The notes beneath the pieces are model-generated. The model ran no database searches. It saw only the letters and a list, made by a program, of their open reading frames with translations, and was not told where the DNA came from. The position numbers and the translations under genes are program-made. A stretch of 64,000 bases of DNA from Kudoa neothunni. Its lineage: Eukaryota; Animalia; Cnidaria. Location of the stretch: positions 4,327,292 through 4,391,291 of the forward strand of contig OZ199839.1 in assembly GCA_964304625.1 (NCBI GenBank), written 5' to 3'. This document shows positions 39,511 to 52,529 of this stretch, piece after piece; positions within the stretch are counted from its first letter, which is position 1, and the number at the start of each line of letters is the position of its first letter.

Positions 39511-41260
39511 CTTGTCGACGTAGCGATTAAATGTGTTTAAATATTTTTCCCATTGGCAACCAGCATTCGATTGTTTTTCCAATCCGTCATCTTCATTATT
39601 ATTACTATGATTATTGTTGTTGTTATAATTACTATTACTTTGTTGTGGTTTTTTTATTTGGAGAATTATATCGCTAAGTTGATAAAATGTTAATCGTTTG
39701 TGATGTATTGAAAGTCAATTTTCGTGAGATTACTTTAATTTTGGGGCGTTGAGTGGATCAAAATCGTATGCTTCTTCGATCTTTATAGGAACGCATATGT
39801 GACCTATGATAAATAAAAAAATGTGATTGATATTGATTCTTATTATATTGGAATACCAGTTTTTGGGTGAACACAAAAGGGACTTTTCAATAAGTGATTC
39901 AGTGTTTTACTCACATTAATATCCAACCTGGGATACATGTATTGAAAAATGAGCTCGTACAAAGGCAAATTCTCCTTATCCTAACACAAACATTTCAAAG
40001 TTTATAACTAAACCCAACTTCAATACGTTTTCGGTTGAAGTTATATTCAAGGCACGTAGTATATGCTTCCATTTCTCTTTCTCAGATAGATCGGAATTAA
40101 GTAGAATTTCTTTGAGGGCTTTTTTCGAAATTTCCTCTGTCAAATCATTAATAATATACAATCGTATTAGATAGATACTGTGATCATCTGCTAACGGTAA
40201 CAGTGACAATATTTTATCTACTTCTCCGGCGTTGTTAAAAAATCCTTGTTCTTCGAAATGGTCACGGAATCTGTTCATTAACAGATTTTTGCTCCGTCTA
40301 AATCACAATTTTTTGAGTTATTCAAAATATCTTATTCAGTATCAAATTATTTATCACTTGATAGATGGATGAAAGGGTGTTGGAGGCAGAAAAACCTTTT
40401 TATTTTTATGTGCGCCACCCTATATAACCATGTAGGACGTATAAAACTACAGAATGTGAATTTGGTTGACTGACTTCAGTTCAACCTACCTTAACCAATG
40501 TTATATAATCGATAATAGCAGATCTTGCTGAAGGTGAAAGCTGACAGGCTTTCTCATCACTAACCCAACAGTGAACTCCTCTTCTTCCACTGAACACCCA
40601 CATAATATTGTTGAACCCAAAGTCTTCTACTCATGCATACGTTATTCCATTTATACTGATATATAATTTTTTGGTACGAACCCGAAAGAATTTTATGCAC
40701 TATCTCCATCGCAACCGCTACAAGTTTCCAACACTTTTTACAAATCTTTGTATCTCTGTCAATTGGATGGGATAAATTTTTTTTTATTAAAATTATTTCA
40801 CTTGCAACAAAATCGAACATCGTCATAATCAGTCATATCAATGTCGATAACAAATTCTCTTTCTTGAGCTTTTAATTCACCTGATATGAGCGTTTTGTGG
40901 TCTTTGGGCTGAATTTACATATTAATCAACCTAATTTGGTATAGGTAATTACCTTATAATTGAATACCGCACCTATATCAATTTTTTCTGGATTATATCG
41001 GACCACTTCTTTCTTAAACTCTTTGACACTTTCAAATGATAGATATCTGATGTAAATATCGTTTTTCAGTGTCACCGAAAATTCCCTTTTTTCAAAACTT
41101 AAACCTACAACAGTTTATTATGCACAATAGCGAAAAATATAATGTTTTTACCTTTATTTTTATTCAACCATCTATAAATTGAGTCAAAAGGAAAAACGAA
41201 ACTATAGTAATCCTTTAATTTATCTTCAAGTGATAGCATTGGAGACAACTCGTTAGCCAT
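39493..41260 (-). CDS. PRIM1: DNA primase small (catalytic) subunit, multi-exon
   Basis: [55 protein letters not shown] and [13 protein letters not shown] are present. The last exon ends [19 protein letters not shown]. Confidence 0.93.
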
Positions 41261-41419
41261 TGTAAATAATGCGCGGATTCCTTTTCTAATCCTTAGGTTG
41301 TATCTTATTTTGACACTGTATATGGATTTTATCTCGCCACATTCACTCTTTATATATTCGTACTTGAAACATGTTGCTCTAAAATTGTCGAATGTAACAA
41401 TTAAATTCGTCCCACACTT

Positions 41420-41444
41420 TATATATATATATATATATATATAT
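41420..41444. repeat. (TA)12 microsatellite
   Basis: Direct reading of the sequence. Confidence 0.95.
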
Positions 41445-42089
41445 CAGTTTCCCAACGTGGGTCAAAGAAATTTTTGAACGTTTAATGAAACGCGGATAAT
41501 CCTGGGTATCGGTGTGACATGAATAATAGTGAGATAATGGGGCAGTATGACGTACTTTGAGGTCAATATAATATCGCTTTTTTTTAAGTGATGGTTAATA
41601 TCAAAAAATACAAAAGTTAATAATAACATTGAACGTGTCCTTCACCAGAATAGTATCAGAATGATTTGAATCTCAATTTGCCTCAGTTAGAATCATATAT
41701 CCCCCATTTTTTATTAAACCTAAAAAATGTTGGTTAACTTTATATGTACATTATTTATTTTCGGTTCGTTTGTCCCATGTAATATACAAGGAAGTCTTTC
41801 CTAATTAATTTTGGATTACCACAAGTTTCATTTGACGCAATGAATAACTAAAAATGTTAATTTTTAAGGTCCATCGATCAATTAAGTTAGATATGATCGG
41901 ACACATTTTAATTTTAATGAGAAGAGCAATATATATATTGATTATTTTCAAGTTTTAATGTGATAGGGAGCTTTATGAAAAATTATCAACAGTTTAAGTT
42001 AAAAAAATCAATACTTTTGAAGGAGGTGGGGCACGGAACTTTTTTTCAAGAAAAAATGTGCACGATAGAAAAAAGATTGGGAAACGCTG
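41445..42089. mobile_element. Non-autonomous hAT element (MITE)
   Basis: Termini CAGTTTCCCAA / TTGGGAAACGCTG; 8-bp flanks ATATATAT / ATATACAT. Confidence 0.7.
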
Positions 42090-42229
42090 ATATACATGTT
42101 CTTTTAATAAAAATATAACGCCAAGACTTTTGCTTATAGCGTTAAATTAAGAAAATTTATTTAAGTGATATAAATAAATTCTAATTTTATCTAATGAGTT
42201 TTTTTAGAATATTTACTCCTTTTACAACA

Positions 42230-42991
42230 GCCTATTACTGCATAACTAAATTTCCATGCTGGTTACAATAAAAACAAAGTCATGGAACCGCTTATATGCA
42301 TGTTGCTCTTTCAAATACTTTATCAGAATTCCGTGAACTTATTGATAAAAAGCAACTGCAAAAATCTCATTAAATATTCTCTTAATGTCTATTATCTATG
42401 TAAAAAATAGGTTTTTAGCATTAATCACGCATTCCATTGTATTATCATTTCTCCTTTGCTAACTCCTTATTTTAATTAATTCAATAATTTACCAAAATAA
42501 AGGTTTTATATAGCGAAAATATCTTAATTATTATGACCTTTTTTCACCTAGAAATTTTGTATGGATTTTATTTTTCAAAATTTACAAATGTATATGTGAT
42601 AATTCCAAAAATTTCATTAAATTTGTTGTTTTAAAGTATTATGTGACATTGTCTACACTTAACTAAAATTTTAATAATTTCTGATAAAATTACTGGGAAG
42701 AATTCAATAGTTGTTCATTTTTTGTTTTATTACCAAAAATAATTAATGTCTTAGCGATTAAAATTTTTTAATACATATTTGAAAACTAAACAAGTATATA
42801 ACTAATTTAAATAATAAATAATTCAACAATAATTTAAATTTTTTCAACATTCCTAATAAAGTGAACAACAGGAATGTAGGGGCTAAAATATTTATATGTA
42901 TGATTGGATTATGCATTAAAACAAGATAGGGTCCGTGATAAGTCTATTGAACGCATTTGGAGTCCTCAAGAAGAGAGGTTGAGAACCACTG
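42230..42991 (+). mobile_element. 3' end of a hAT (Charlie/Buster) element
   Basis: Dimerisation-domain remnant SMLVTIKTKSWNRL..MHVALS..LIDKKQLQKSH*, and TIR AGGTTGAGAACCACTG ending at 42991. Confidence 0.7.
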
Positions 42992-44318
42992 GTCTATATT
43001 GTGAATACAATTTTGAGAGCATACTTTGCAAAGTGTTCTAATTTGATTGATCCATTCTGAAGCAGTTTTTGACTTATTAGCATTAGCAGATTAGCTAATA
43101 AAATTAAATTTTTTAATGTTGTACCTTTTTCTAAACAACGATACCATCCACGAATTGCACATGAAATTAAATTTATTTCTTCAGCTAATTAATTTTTCTT
43201 GATGATTATAGTGGTGACGCTTCTTTCAATCTTTTTGTTTCGAGCCCACCCAATTCACTCATATACATCTTTAGGAGGTCATTCAAAGTCGGGATAGTAG
43301 ATACTTTAAAATGTGATATAGTGGCAGCTTATGCACCATTAGATGGTAGATTTCCTTAATATTTAATAACATTGTATTTATCGGCGATCGTTCTAGTTTT
43401 AGAAGTTTTTTGGGCATTAATTATTGATTTAATTATATAATAAACCAGAAATACCCCCAAAAGTGCGGGAAATTGATTAATCATGTGATTGTTAGTTATA
43501 TTATTTTGAAATATTATAAAAAAATACATGAACGAAGACCAATCAACAATCTATCTAAATAGTGTTTTAAAAATTGCGTAAAATTAGTTACTGGATTACT
43601 CAATATTCATTACATAATTGATTCTCCTTGTGTAAAAATGATTTTATCAGGTGGTTTTATCTGTTCGATTTAAAATAAATAAATAAAAAATAAAAGCCAA
43701 TGTTTGAATGCTGCGGCACTTGTCTTAACGTATTATCTCCATGCGACCCATGTATAAAAAAGTTCTCCTATCCCTGTTCTAGATAGATTTTTATCCGTAG
43801 CTTTGGTCACGTCAGGTTTACTAACAAGATTTTAATTCCCCAAATTTTCTCATTGAACTGACCATCTACTGTTCTAACCATTATATAATTAAAACAAAAA
43901 TAAGTAATTAATAATCAGAAATACCTATTAAAATTTACAAAGCAAAATTCCAACCATTAAATGACTTTAACACCATTATATTACTTGTAAATGATTTTAC
44001 GCCCAAAAAATAATCACCCTAAAACTGATACTTTATTAAAAGAAAGACATTAAACTAAAATTCCACGGGTATTAATCGCATTTAACATATGTTAATTAAA
44101 ATATCAAGGGATTACGTTATTTCACTTATCAATATATCGATAATCTATCGATATTACATATTTTTATTACCCAACGGATAGAAAATGATGCTTATTTAGT
44201 CGGTTAACGACTAGATAAGACAAAGTGAGGTGAGTAAATCACAATATAAGTAGAAAAAAACGACACGCATTAAACAAGATAATTGACATAAAAATGTAGC
44301 GTATAAAATAAATTTTAA

Positions 44319-44908
44319 TCAAACCACAAGCAGTAAACCAACAATAAGTCCAAATACAGCAATGATTTCGGCAAAAATAAGTATGATGACCATACCAACA
44401 AAAATTTTCGGTTGTCTGGTGCTGGCAATAACGGCGATATATCCAATAGAACCGATGGCGTATCCTCCAGCAATTCCAGACAATCCAGTGGATAATCCAG
44501 CTCCCAAAGATAGGTACCCCCTTTTAAAAAGCATGAAAATTTAAGTTAATAATAAAAACAACTTCCGGAAAATTTCTAAATTACTTTGCTGGGGTGAATG
44601 GGTTGGATGGATTGACGTCGATATTACGAGTTATAAGAACACTGACAATCAGTCCGTAGATAGATACAATGCTAGCCATAACAACCGGGATCATTGAGCG
44701 TACTAGGTTATCTGGGCGAATAGTACCAGCAGATGCAATACTTGAACCACAATAGGAAATACCGATGGACGATCCTAGAGCTGGGGGGGGAAAAAATCTA
44801 AAAATCGGTCTAAATCACACCCAAAATGCCTGTTAACATCATTGCGCAAGCAGAACCTAGTCCACCAAAGAAAGCTGGATATCCAACTACGACATTAGAG
44901 GCCGACAT
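44319..44908 (-). CDS. ATP6V0C: V-ATPase 16 kDa proteolipid subunit c (3 exons)
   Basis: YPAFFGGLGSACAM, RSMIPVVMASIVSIYGL, LGAGLSTGLSGIAGGYAIG and QPKIFVGMVIILIFAE (proton-binding Glu) are present. Confidence 0.9.
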
Positions 44909-44937
44909 TGCTTTGACTCGCGCATCATTAGAGGAAT

Positions 44938-46298
44938 ATGTATAGGAGTTTTCGACTAGTTCAAGAAGGTCACAATAATGACTCAAATTTTTCGTTTGAA
45001 AAGAATTTTCCTATAGAGATGAGTGTAGAGAAACTAAAGGTAGTTTTTTGCATGATATCGAGTTGGTTTTGTGGAGATATTTTGTGATTTATTGATGAGG
45101 GTAGTAAAAATTCGTTGGATTATAATAAATCTGGAGCTGGGTTATTTTGATATTTTTTAATTGGTTGAACTATAAATTAACTATTTATTTGAGTTAGCTT
45201 ATGATTTTTAAATTTTTCTTATGTAATTTATTAGAATTTATTTATGACCAATGTTGCATCATGTATATGGCGCAAATGTAGATTAATCGGTGACTATTTT
45301 ATTCATTATGCTATCACAATTTATGATAAAATATTGTTCAACTTTTATCGTCAAATGATACTAAAGGATGAATAATAGATAATTAGTCATTCATTAAATA
45401 ATATATGACTAATTGTTCGCAATATATTTTATTTCGCTTGATAATTGATAACAATTTTTTACATATATTTTTCATTAAACACTTCACCTTTATTACAGTG
45501 TATATACTGTTGAGTAATTACACACAATAGGAACGATTGGAAGTTATTGTTGGAATCGCCAAAGACGATATCAGTGTGAATTTGTGCACTTTGGATGGAT
45601 CATTGATTACCAAATTCGATGATCCTAACAAATTTCTCAACGAATTCTATGATTTTAGTGAAAACAAACAACTTTTGCTAAAAGTACGTTCTGTGTGTGT
45701 CATCAACAGTAAATATATCGACTGTTAGATTGTATCCGATAAGAGATCAGTGTTGGAAAATTTTAATACTTCTACAAATGCTGATGTGAATGAGGATGAT
45801 GTGGAAAGTCGTTTCAAATTGACCGACGAACAATATGAACAACGTCCAGGTTAGATATGTTATGGGGTTGGTGTGATGATTCTAATCCCACTGCTTTAGT
45901 TACCGTGCGAAAATTCAAACAGCAAAATAAGATCAACGATCAAAACCAACTCGACAGATCCACCAACACTGACACAATCATTAAACGCCTATATGTTGGT
46001 CAACGTTGTTTGGTCAAATCTCCTGGGAAGTCTGATCGAATTGGCACCATTCGCTATATAGGTTTTCTGATTTGTTGTGTTACAACTTTTTATTTTTGTA
46101 GGTATTCCCACCAAAAGTGATATATATCGAATTGGTGTGGAATTCGATCACTTCCTCGGTATTCATGATGGCAACTATAACGGTGAATACTATTTTAAAT
46201 GCCAACCAAAGAAGGGCAGCTACATTCTTCCCGAATTCGTTTTCCCCTTAGAATCTCAGGATGAAAGTTCCAATCCAGAAGATTTAGGTGAATTTTAA
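44938..46298 (+). CDS. TBCB: Tubulin-folding cofactor B (ubiquitin-like plus CAP-Gly)
   Basis: Exon 1 (44938-45039) ...SFEKNFPIEMSVEKLK joins in phase to ERLEVIVG. Followed by RFKLTDEQYEQRP, VGQRC and the CAP-Gly motif IGVEFD..GIHDGNYNGEYYFKCQPKKG. Confidence 0.88.
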
Positions 46299-46623
46299 AC
46301 CACCTGTTAGTGAACTGGGTTGAATAGCATTTTCTTTTCGCTCTGTTCTTTTATTTTCTTCGTTGTATCTTTGTTCAATTATCTGTTTTTACTCATATTT
46401 ATTCTGAAAAAAAATGATTTTTGTAATTAAAACTCTTTTAAACAATTATTTCGTTATTTTTTGGAATAATTTAAATGGTATTTTTGTGGTAAAATTTTTC
46501 CGCACAACCATATAGTTATGTTTGCGTGCGCTTGTAGATAAACGATCTCGGATAGCATTGCGTTTTTTATATGTTTTTATTTATTTTAGCTTAGATTTTA
46601 TTTTCATTAAAGAGGTAATTATA

Positions 46624-47637
46624 ATGGAGTTCTATCAATGTTTGAGGTGCGATAATTCTTGTGATGCCGTCTTATGGAACAACGACGGCAATGAATTGAT
46701 TGTCTCGTTTTATGATAGGGTAGATGATCAAAAGTTGAAGGGTTCAATAGCTATATACGAATTCGATCATAAGTATATTCTAAAAGAGTCCAAAAATAAC
46801 ATATTAAAATTAAAACAAGTTGTTGATCACGGAAACCATGGAATACTACACATATGCCCCATTAGTGATGGAACTATTGCCATAGCTGACTCTTCAGGAT
46901 ACATAAACTTATTACGAAAAGAATTAGGAGACAACCACAATTATAAAATCTACCAAACGGCTTGTGAAATTTCTGACAAATCCATGTGTTTGTATATGGA
47001 CTACAATACATCCAATCAACAATTGTGGTATTCCTGCCAAAATGGACATATAGGATTGACTAAGTATGATGGCTTCGACCAATTTCAAACCGTAAGAACA
47101 TATTTGAACTGCCATCAATTTGAAGCTTGGTATTTGTGCTGCTTTGACGAAAATATTGCTATAACTGGTGGTGATGATGGCAGAGTGTGTGTGTTGGATG
47201 GCCGAATGGATCACCCAGTCAAAATGATAAATAAATATTTCACCTCTGGTGTTACGTCTATTGTTGCTGTCCCTCGACTAAACGACTCCACATTTTTGAT
47301 TGGGAGCTTTGATGAAAGCATTTCCATGTGGGATTTGAGATCAAATTCAAAACAACCCATTCAACTGTTCGATAACTTGGGTGGCCAACTGTGGAGAATG
47401 AAATGGGACAAGCACAATCCACGACGCCTTGCATGTGCGATGATGCAAAGTGGAAGTGTGGTGTTCGAATTTAACTCGTCTTTTTCTGACCTCAACGACA
47501 TATATCGTAGTCATAACTCGAATACTGCTAACGCTCAGTTAGTTTATGGAATCGATTGGCATCCCTCCATCGATAATCTGGTGGCCTCCTGTAGTCATAA
47601 AGATAAACTTTTAGAACTGTTTGATATTGGCTCATAG
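46624..47637 (+). CDS. DPH7: Diphthine methylesterase DPH7/WDR85 (WD40)
   Basis: HQFEAW, TGGDD, SGVTSI, GSFDESISMWDLR, GGQLWRMKW, LVYGIDW and LVASCS match DPH7 motifs. Confidence 0.85.
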   Translation: MEFYQCLRCDNSCDAVLWNNDGNELIVSFYDRVDDQKLKGSIAIYEFDHKYILKESKNNILKLKQVVDHGNHGILHICPISDGTIAIADSSGYINLLRKELGDNHNYKIYQTACEISDKSMCLYMDYNTSNQQLWYSCQNGHIGLTKYDGFDQFQTVRTYLNCHQFEAWYLCCFDENIAITGGDDGRVCVLDGRMDHPVKMINKYFTSGVTSIVAVPRLNDSTFLIGSFDESISMWDLRSNSKQPIQLFDNLGGQLWRMKWDKHNPRRLACAMMQSGSVVFEFNSSFSDLNDIYRSHNSNTANAQLVYGIDWHPSIDNLVASCSHKDKLLELFDIGS

Positions 47638-48199
47638 ATATAGATGGTTTCTGTATATTATCATTTTAATTTCTTTTTCAGTGCGTGATTTATAATTCTA
47701 AATAATTAATTTATATTCTATAATGTTGGGGGTTTTCTGAAATAGTTTTATCCTGCAAACTAGTAGTATATACAGTAGGTAATAGGCTCGACGTTATTCT
47801 TTTTGGTGGATAAAATATTGTGCAAAATTTGTTACGTCCGGATCTATACAATTAGGTGCGCCATAATGCTTTTTAATCATCATTTTAAAGATAAATTTCT
47901 TTTTACATTGATTAAAGATAAATATAATATGCTGTTAATGAAAAATTCTAATAAATTATCAAATCAAAGCATAAGACGTTTTTTTTTTCGTGTTGTCTGA
48001 AATAATATTAAATATCGGCCCTTGTGCTTCCTTTAAAATAATATTTTTATTATTATTGTGCATCCTAAAAAATAATGTTTACTCTCAAATCTTTTAAAGT
48101 CATTTTGCAACTAAGAAACATTTTGGGTGCTTGAGTAGTAACAGGTTGTTCTGCATCATAAACGTTAGAAAATTTAAGGATTCAATGAAACAAAAAAAT

Positions 48200-49450
48200 A
48201 CGGAAAAATTTAGTTAATGTTTAATATTCGATTAAAAAAGTCCAAAAGAGTTTAAACAATTAAAATTAAGAGCTTTACATGATTCCTTATTCTTGATTAT
48301 TTCAGTTTTTTCATTCGCAATCAAATCATCATCAAATGATAGATCAGTTTTCGATTTGAATCAATCATCTTGAGTTGAGGCAGATTTGAGGGGAATGAAT
48401 TTTTGAAACAATTTGTAATTTTATATCTTGAATCGCTCCGATAGGCTACTTTAATATTAAGCCCATTGTTTTCAATATGTTGGGAGAAATTAGCTCCATT
48501 ACGATTTCAGCCCCAAAATGAAACCTTTTATCATTTTCTACATGTAGGATGATTTAAAGAATGGACGAGGCTTTGGTCTAGCAGCAGAGAAATGCTAACG
48601 GAGTTTTTAGCGAAAAATACTAATTCCACGTTTGAAAATCTCTCGGAGAAAAATGATATGCTGCATTATCTAAAAACAATAAAATCTTTATTTTTATTAA
48701 AAAAATCGTTATAATTTGACATGAATCTTATAAAAGAATATCGATTTATTCAAGCCTTTTCGTTGAACTCGAATAAAAACAGGAAATTTTTGGTATATTT
48801 GAAGCGCTAAGGGTTTTTATTCGATATGGTTATTGGTGGGTCTAATTAGAAAAAAGTCGATGATGCTCCTAATTAAATAGTCAAACGCTTTTTTGAATTT
48901 TTTATTCCCTCTCGCATTGTTCTCGAATCAATAAATATTACCTCTGATTTAAATTAATTATAAAATAAACTGTGGAATATTTGTCACACTTTTATTGATA
49001 CAGTAGGCTCATTTTATCAACATTTTAATTGCCACAGGCCGAATGTCTCACAAAATTCTCCAATTTTACATAGCCATTCCACTGTAGTTTTAGATCAACG
49101 TCGTTAGGTTCACAATGAAAGTTAACTTTTAAAATATCGAAACCATCCATGAGATGCAGCCGGTAAAAATATTTTATCTTGAGCAAACTTATTTCTATTA
49201 TCATGATATTTCGGCACGCAATTTGATCTTATTGCTTCGTGTCTGGCAGATCCATTCATACACTTTCTGAGCAACTCTATAATATTTTCTAGTATCCAAG
49301 TATTTCTCTTTCTTAAAAAGAAGACATCTTTATAAATTTTGAACGTAATCCCATGCGTTTTAAAAATTCCTTTAAAATCTTGATTGAGGATAATATAACA
49401 TGTTTTGTGGTGGTGCCTTTCGCTCTTTTGGGTAGAAGGTTTTCTTAATA
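48200..49450 (-). mobile_element. pogo/Tigger transposase relic, heavily decayed
   Basis: Minus strand gives ILLFLDNAAYH (about 48655-48690) followed by FFAKNSVSISLLLDQSLV, resembling the DDE_1 motif FLPPNTTS..QPLDQGI. Boundaries are approximate. Confidence 0.6.
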
Positions 49451-49777
49451 CTATATTATATTTTTCTGCTATATTTTTAATTTTCTGTTTTTATATACTT
49501 CAATACAAATAACAATAAAATTATAAACAGTCAGTTAAAAATATGCCCGTGAATATAGACGTCACTTGACGTGAGTATATATTATTTAACAAGCATTCTT
49601 ATCAATATAAATAACCTTAAAAAGTGGATGAAATCTGCAGTGAGCAAAACCGACTACCTATTGTATAATGTATAATGCGCGGGGCGTGTGAGAAAATATA
49701 CATGAAACCATACAAAAAAAATCAAAATAAACATTAAATTTCTACACAAACGTCAAAATTAAAAAATAATGTTGATA

Positions 49778-51734
49778 TCAAGTATCATCAAGATGAGACC
49801 AGTAATCGAGGTAATATTTATGAACACAGTACACACGATTGGAACATAAACAACGTTCTTTTCCAGGGATGAGGTAGATGGCGACAATTCGAGATGTTTG
49901 ATTCATATTAGATGCAGCGGTTAACATCTCATATTGATCGTTGGCATTCATTTTACAATACTGATAGATGATAAACATTTTCAATCTCTCCAAACCATCA
50001 ATATTAATTGATTTCTCAAGAAAATCACGCAAAGATAAATTATCCTCTCCAATCTCCATGTGCCATCTACAAATGTCTAACACAAACTTTCTAATGGACA
50101 CAGTGTTGAGCTGTGAGTAGAATAAATTTGTACAATGTTGTTTGGTTATCGCGTTTGTAAACCAACGGTAGAGACTGTGAAACAACCCAAGGAAGTCGAC
50201 TATTATTTCTAAACACTTGAGATTTCCAGAAAGAAAATATTCTCTACAACTCGGATGATTCATCACAATATCGGTTAACGAGTCATCCTCCACGTCGGTT
50301 ATTAACAGTATGAGTTGGATAACTGCACAAATTCGTACATGAAATTGCAAACCAATCACTTCCAAACCCCTGAACGACCTCAGAAGGTTATAGGGACCAA
50401 TATTGTGAAGACCCTTGAGATTCGATGACCATAAAATCCAAAATTAGTTGAAAAAAGTCTGAAACCACTGTAATTTTGGCCTGCCACCAAACCCCGTCTG
50501 TCTACCATCTTCGACCAACTTTTCACTTCATAGCCCATTTTGTAATAAGAATAAATAATACAGTTTCTCACCGTACTACACAAAAATAAAATTAAAATAT
50601 GATCATACCGAACGTCATACCAACTCATTTTCCTATAAACTCACCTTGGGGAAGGAAATATTTTGGCACATAGGTAACCTGATCAGTTCAACAGTTTCCA
50701 AACATTCTCCGAATAAAAATCGAAATCGTAAAATAGTAACAATATGCTTCTTCAACTTTTTTTCCTATATCTTGCCGTTTTCTCTAAGATGACGCTGGAT
50801 AAAGAGGCTCCTGTTTGATTCAACTTTTTCATCATTATATCGTGCACATATGACCACCTGAAGCCAAGATTATCGTCTCTGTGACTACTAAAATAGGGTA
50901 GCAAATCCATAACTTCAGGATAGTCAAGAAAAGCCACGCGTCTTGCTGTTTCTCGTATTGGTTCCGATAGAAACTCGTATCCGTCAAGATGTCCTTGCTT
51001 CAAAAATCTTATAACATACTGTTGGAAACGAGGTTTCTGGCCCACAATTGAAATCTTGGAGATATTTGTCTATTGTTTCATCGTAGTTGCTATTAATATC
51101 CTCTTCCTTCTAGTCCAAAAATAGACTTTATTCTCTTAATTGTCAAATATTTGACGCACGGATATGGCACTTCTCTAGTGTTCAAAAATGCGGCGTAAGA
51201 AACAATTTTCATTTAATCCCGGAAGATTCCCTAGCAGAGCAATGAAAATGATCAAGTGGTCACACCATACAAAGAAACGATATGTCAAATAGTGTGAAAT
51301 TCCACGCATACTACTCTCCAATCCATAATCGTTCTTAAGTCTCCATTGCCATAATGTTTCGTTCCCGACCATTTTATAAAATGTTTTACTGCTTTTATGC
51401 AATCTCATCAACGACTTGAAAGAAAGTCTTTGCATAATTCCGTTCCATACAGTAACAGGATAGTCGCTTAAAAATATTGGCAAATTGTCGGTAGTACCAG
51501 TGACGAGTGGAGTAGGATTTGCAGTGGTGTTATCGTTAAATAGATCAATTCCAACACCAGACCGATCCATCAAGTTGTGTAACATTCGATTCCTCCTCTT
51601 ATTCAAACAAATCTCATTAAAGATACCACCTCATTAATTAGTTAACTACCTCCAAATATTCATCGTGGGGGTGGATTCTCATCTGCGCTGCTAGCCTCCC
51701 CAAAGAGATATTCAGTAGTACTTTGGTTGGCCAT
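49778..51734 (-). CDS. F-box protein, multi-exon, C-terminal region unrecognised
   Basis: FLSDYPVTVWNGIMQRLSFKSLMRLHKSSKTFYKMVGNETLWQ fits an F-box; consecutive minus-strand ORFs are separated by short introns. Confidence 0.6.
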
Positions 51735-52529
51735 GTTTTCTTAAACTCTTGAATTCATACAATTTTTAACTTGAAAATGAGGTATTTGGCGAAGGAGAAA
51801 CCAACTTATAAGGATGTCCTAGCCTAAAAAGGTTTTCAATCACCAATAAAACAAAATAAATGGCTATTGACCAATAAGCAGATAGTTGCCGGATAGAATT
51901 AATTTCATCAATTATATCTCATAAAAAGATCCATTGTTTGTTATGCCATTCCACATAGTGACCCATCTTGCTCTGTTTGTAATGTCCATACAAAATGGCA
52001 TTGTTTCATTTTCAATGGAATAGAATCAGCTAATCTCGGCTGGCATACAACGTTACTGTGACGATTTCTATGCCATCTTTCTAGAACTCTTCATTTTTAA
52101 ATTGACTGGTTACGTACAATATATTCCATTCAACTTAAAATACTTCTTGCTATGGGACCAACACACTAACAGATGCTGTTTTGCGCGGCAAAGAAGATAA
52201 CAGAGTACAAAAATTTTTGGTGCCCTCTACTACCAAATTAGCTTCATTCTTATTTGAGGATGCCAATTAACCTAGCCTATTGTTTCTTTTATTCTGTATA
52301 TTCATGAAAGTTAATAACAAACGCCGAAACATTTATTTACTTATTTACATAAAATCAATTATACATAATTCACCGTCATAATTACAGTAAATAACCAGTT
52401 TTTACGCACCTCTTTATACACTATTCTAATAACACTACATTCTTTATAAATATTAAATAAATTGTAGCTTTATTTCACTTTATGTTACTTTGTAATTTTG
52501 TTGGAAATCAGAATTAATATAAGATAGAG

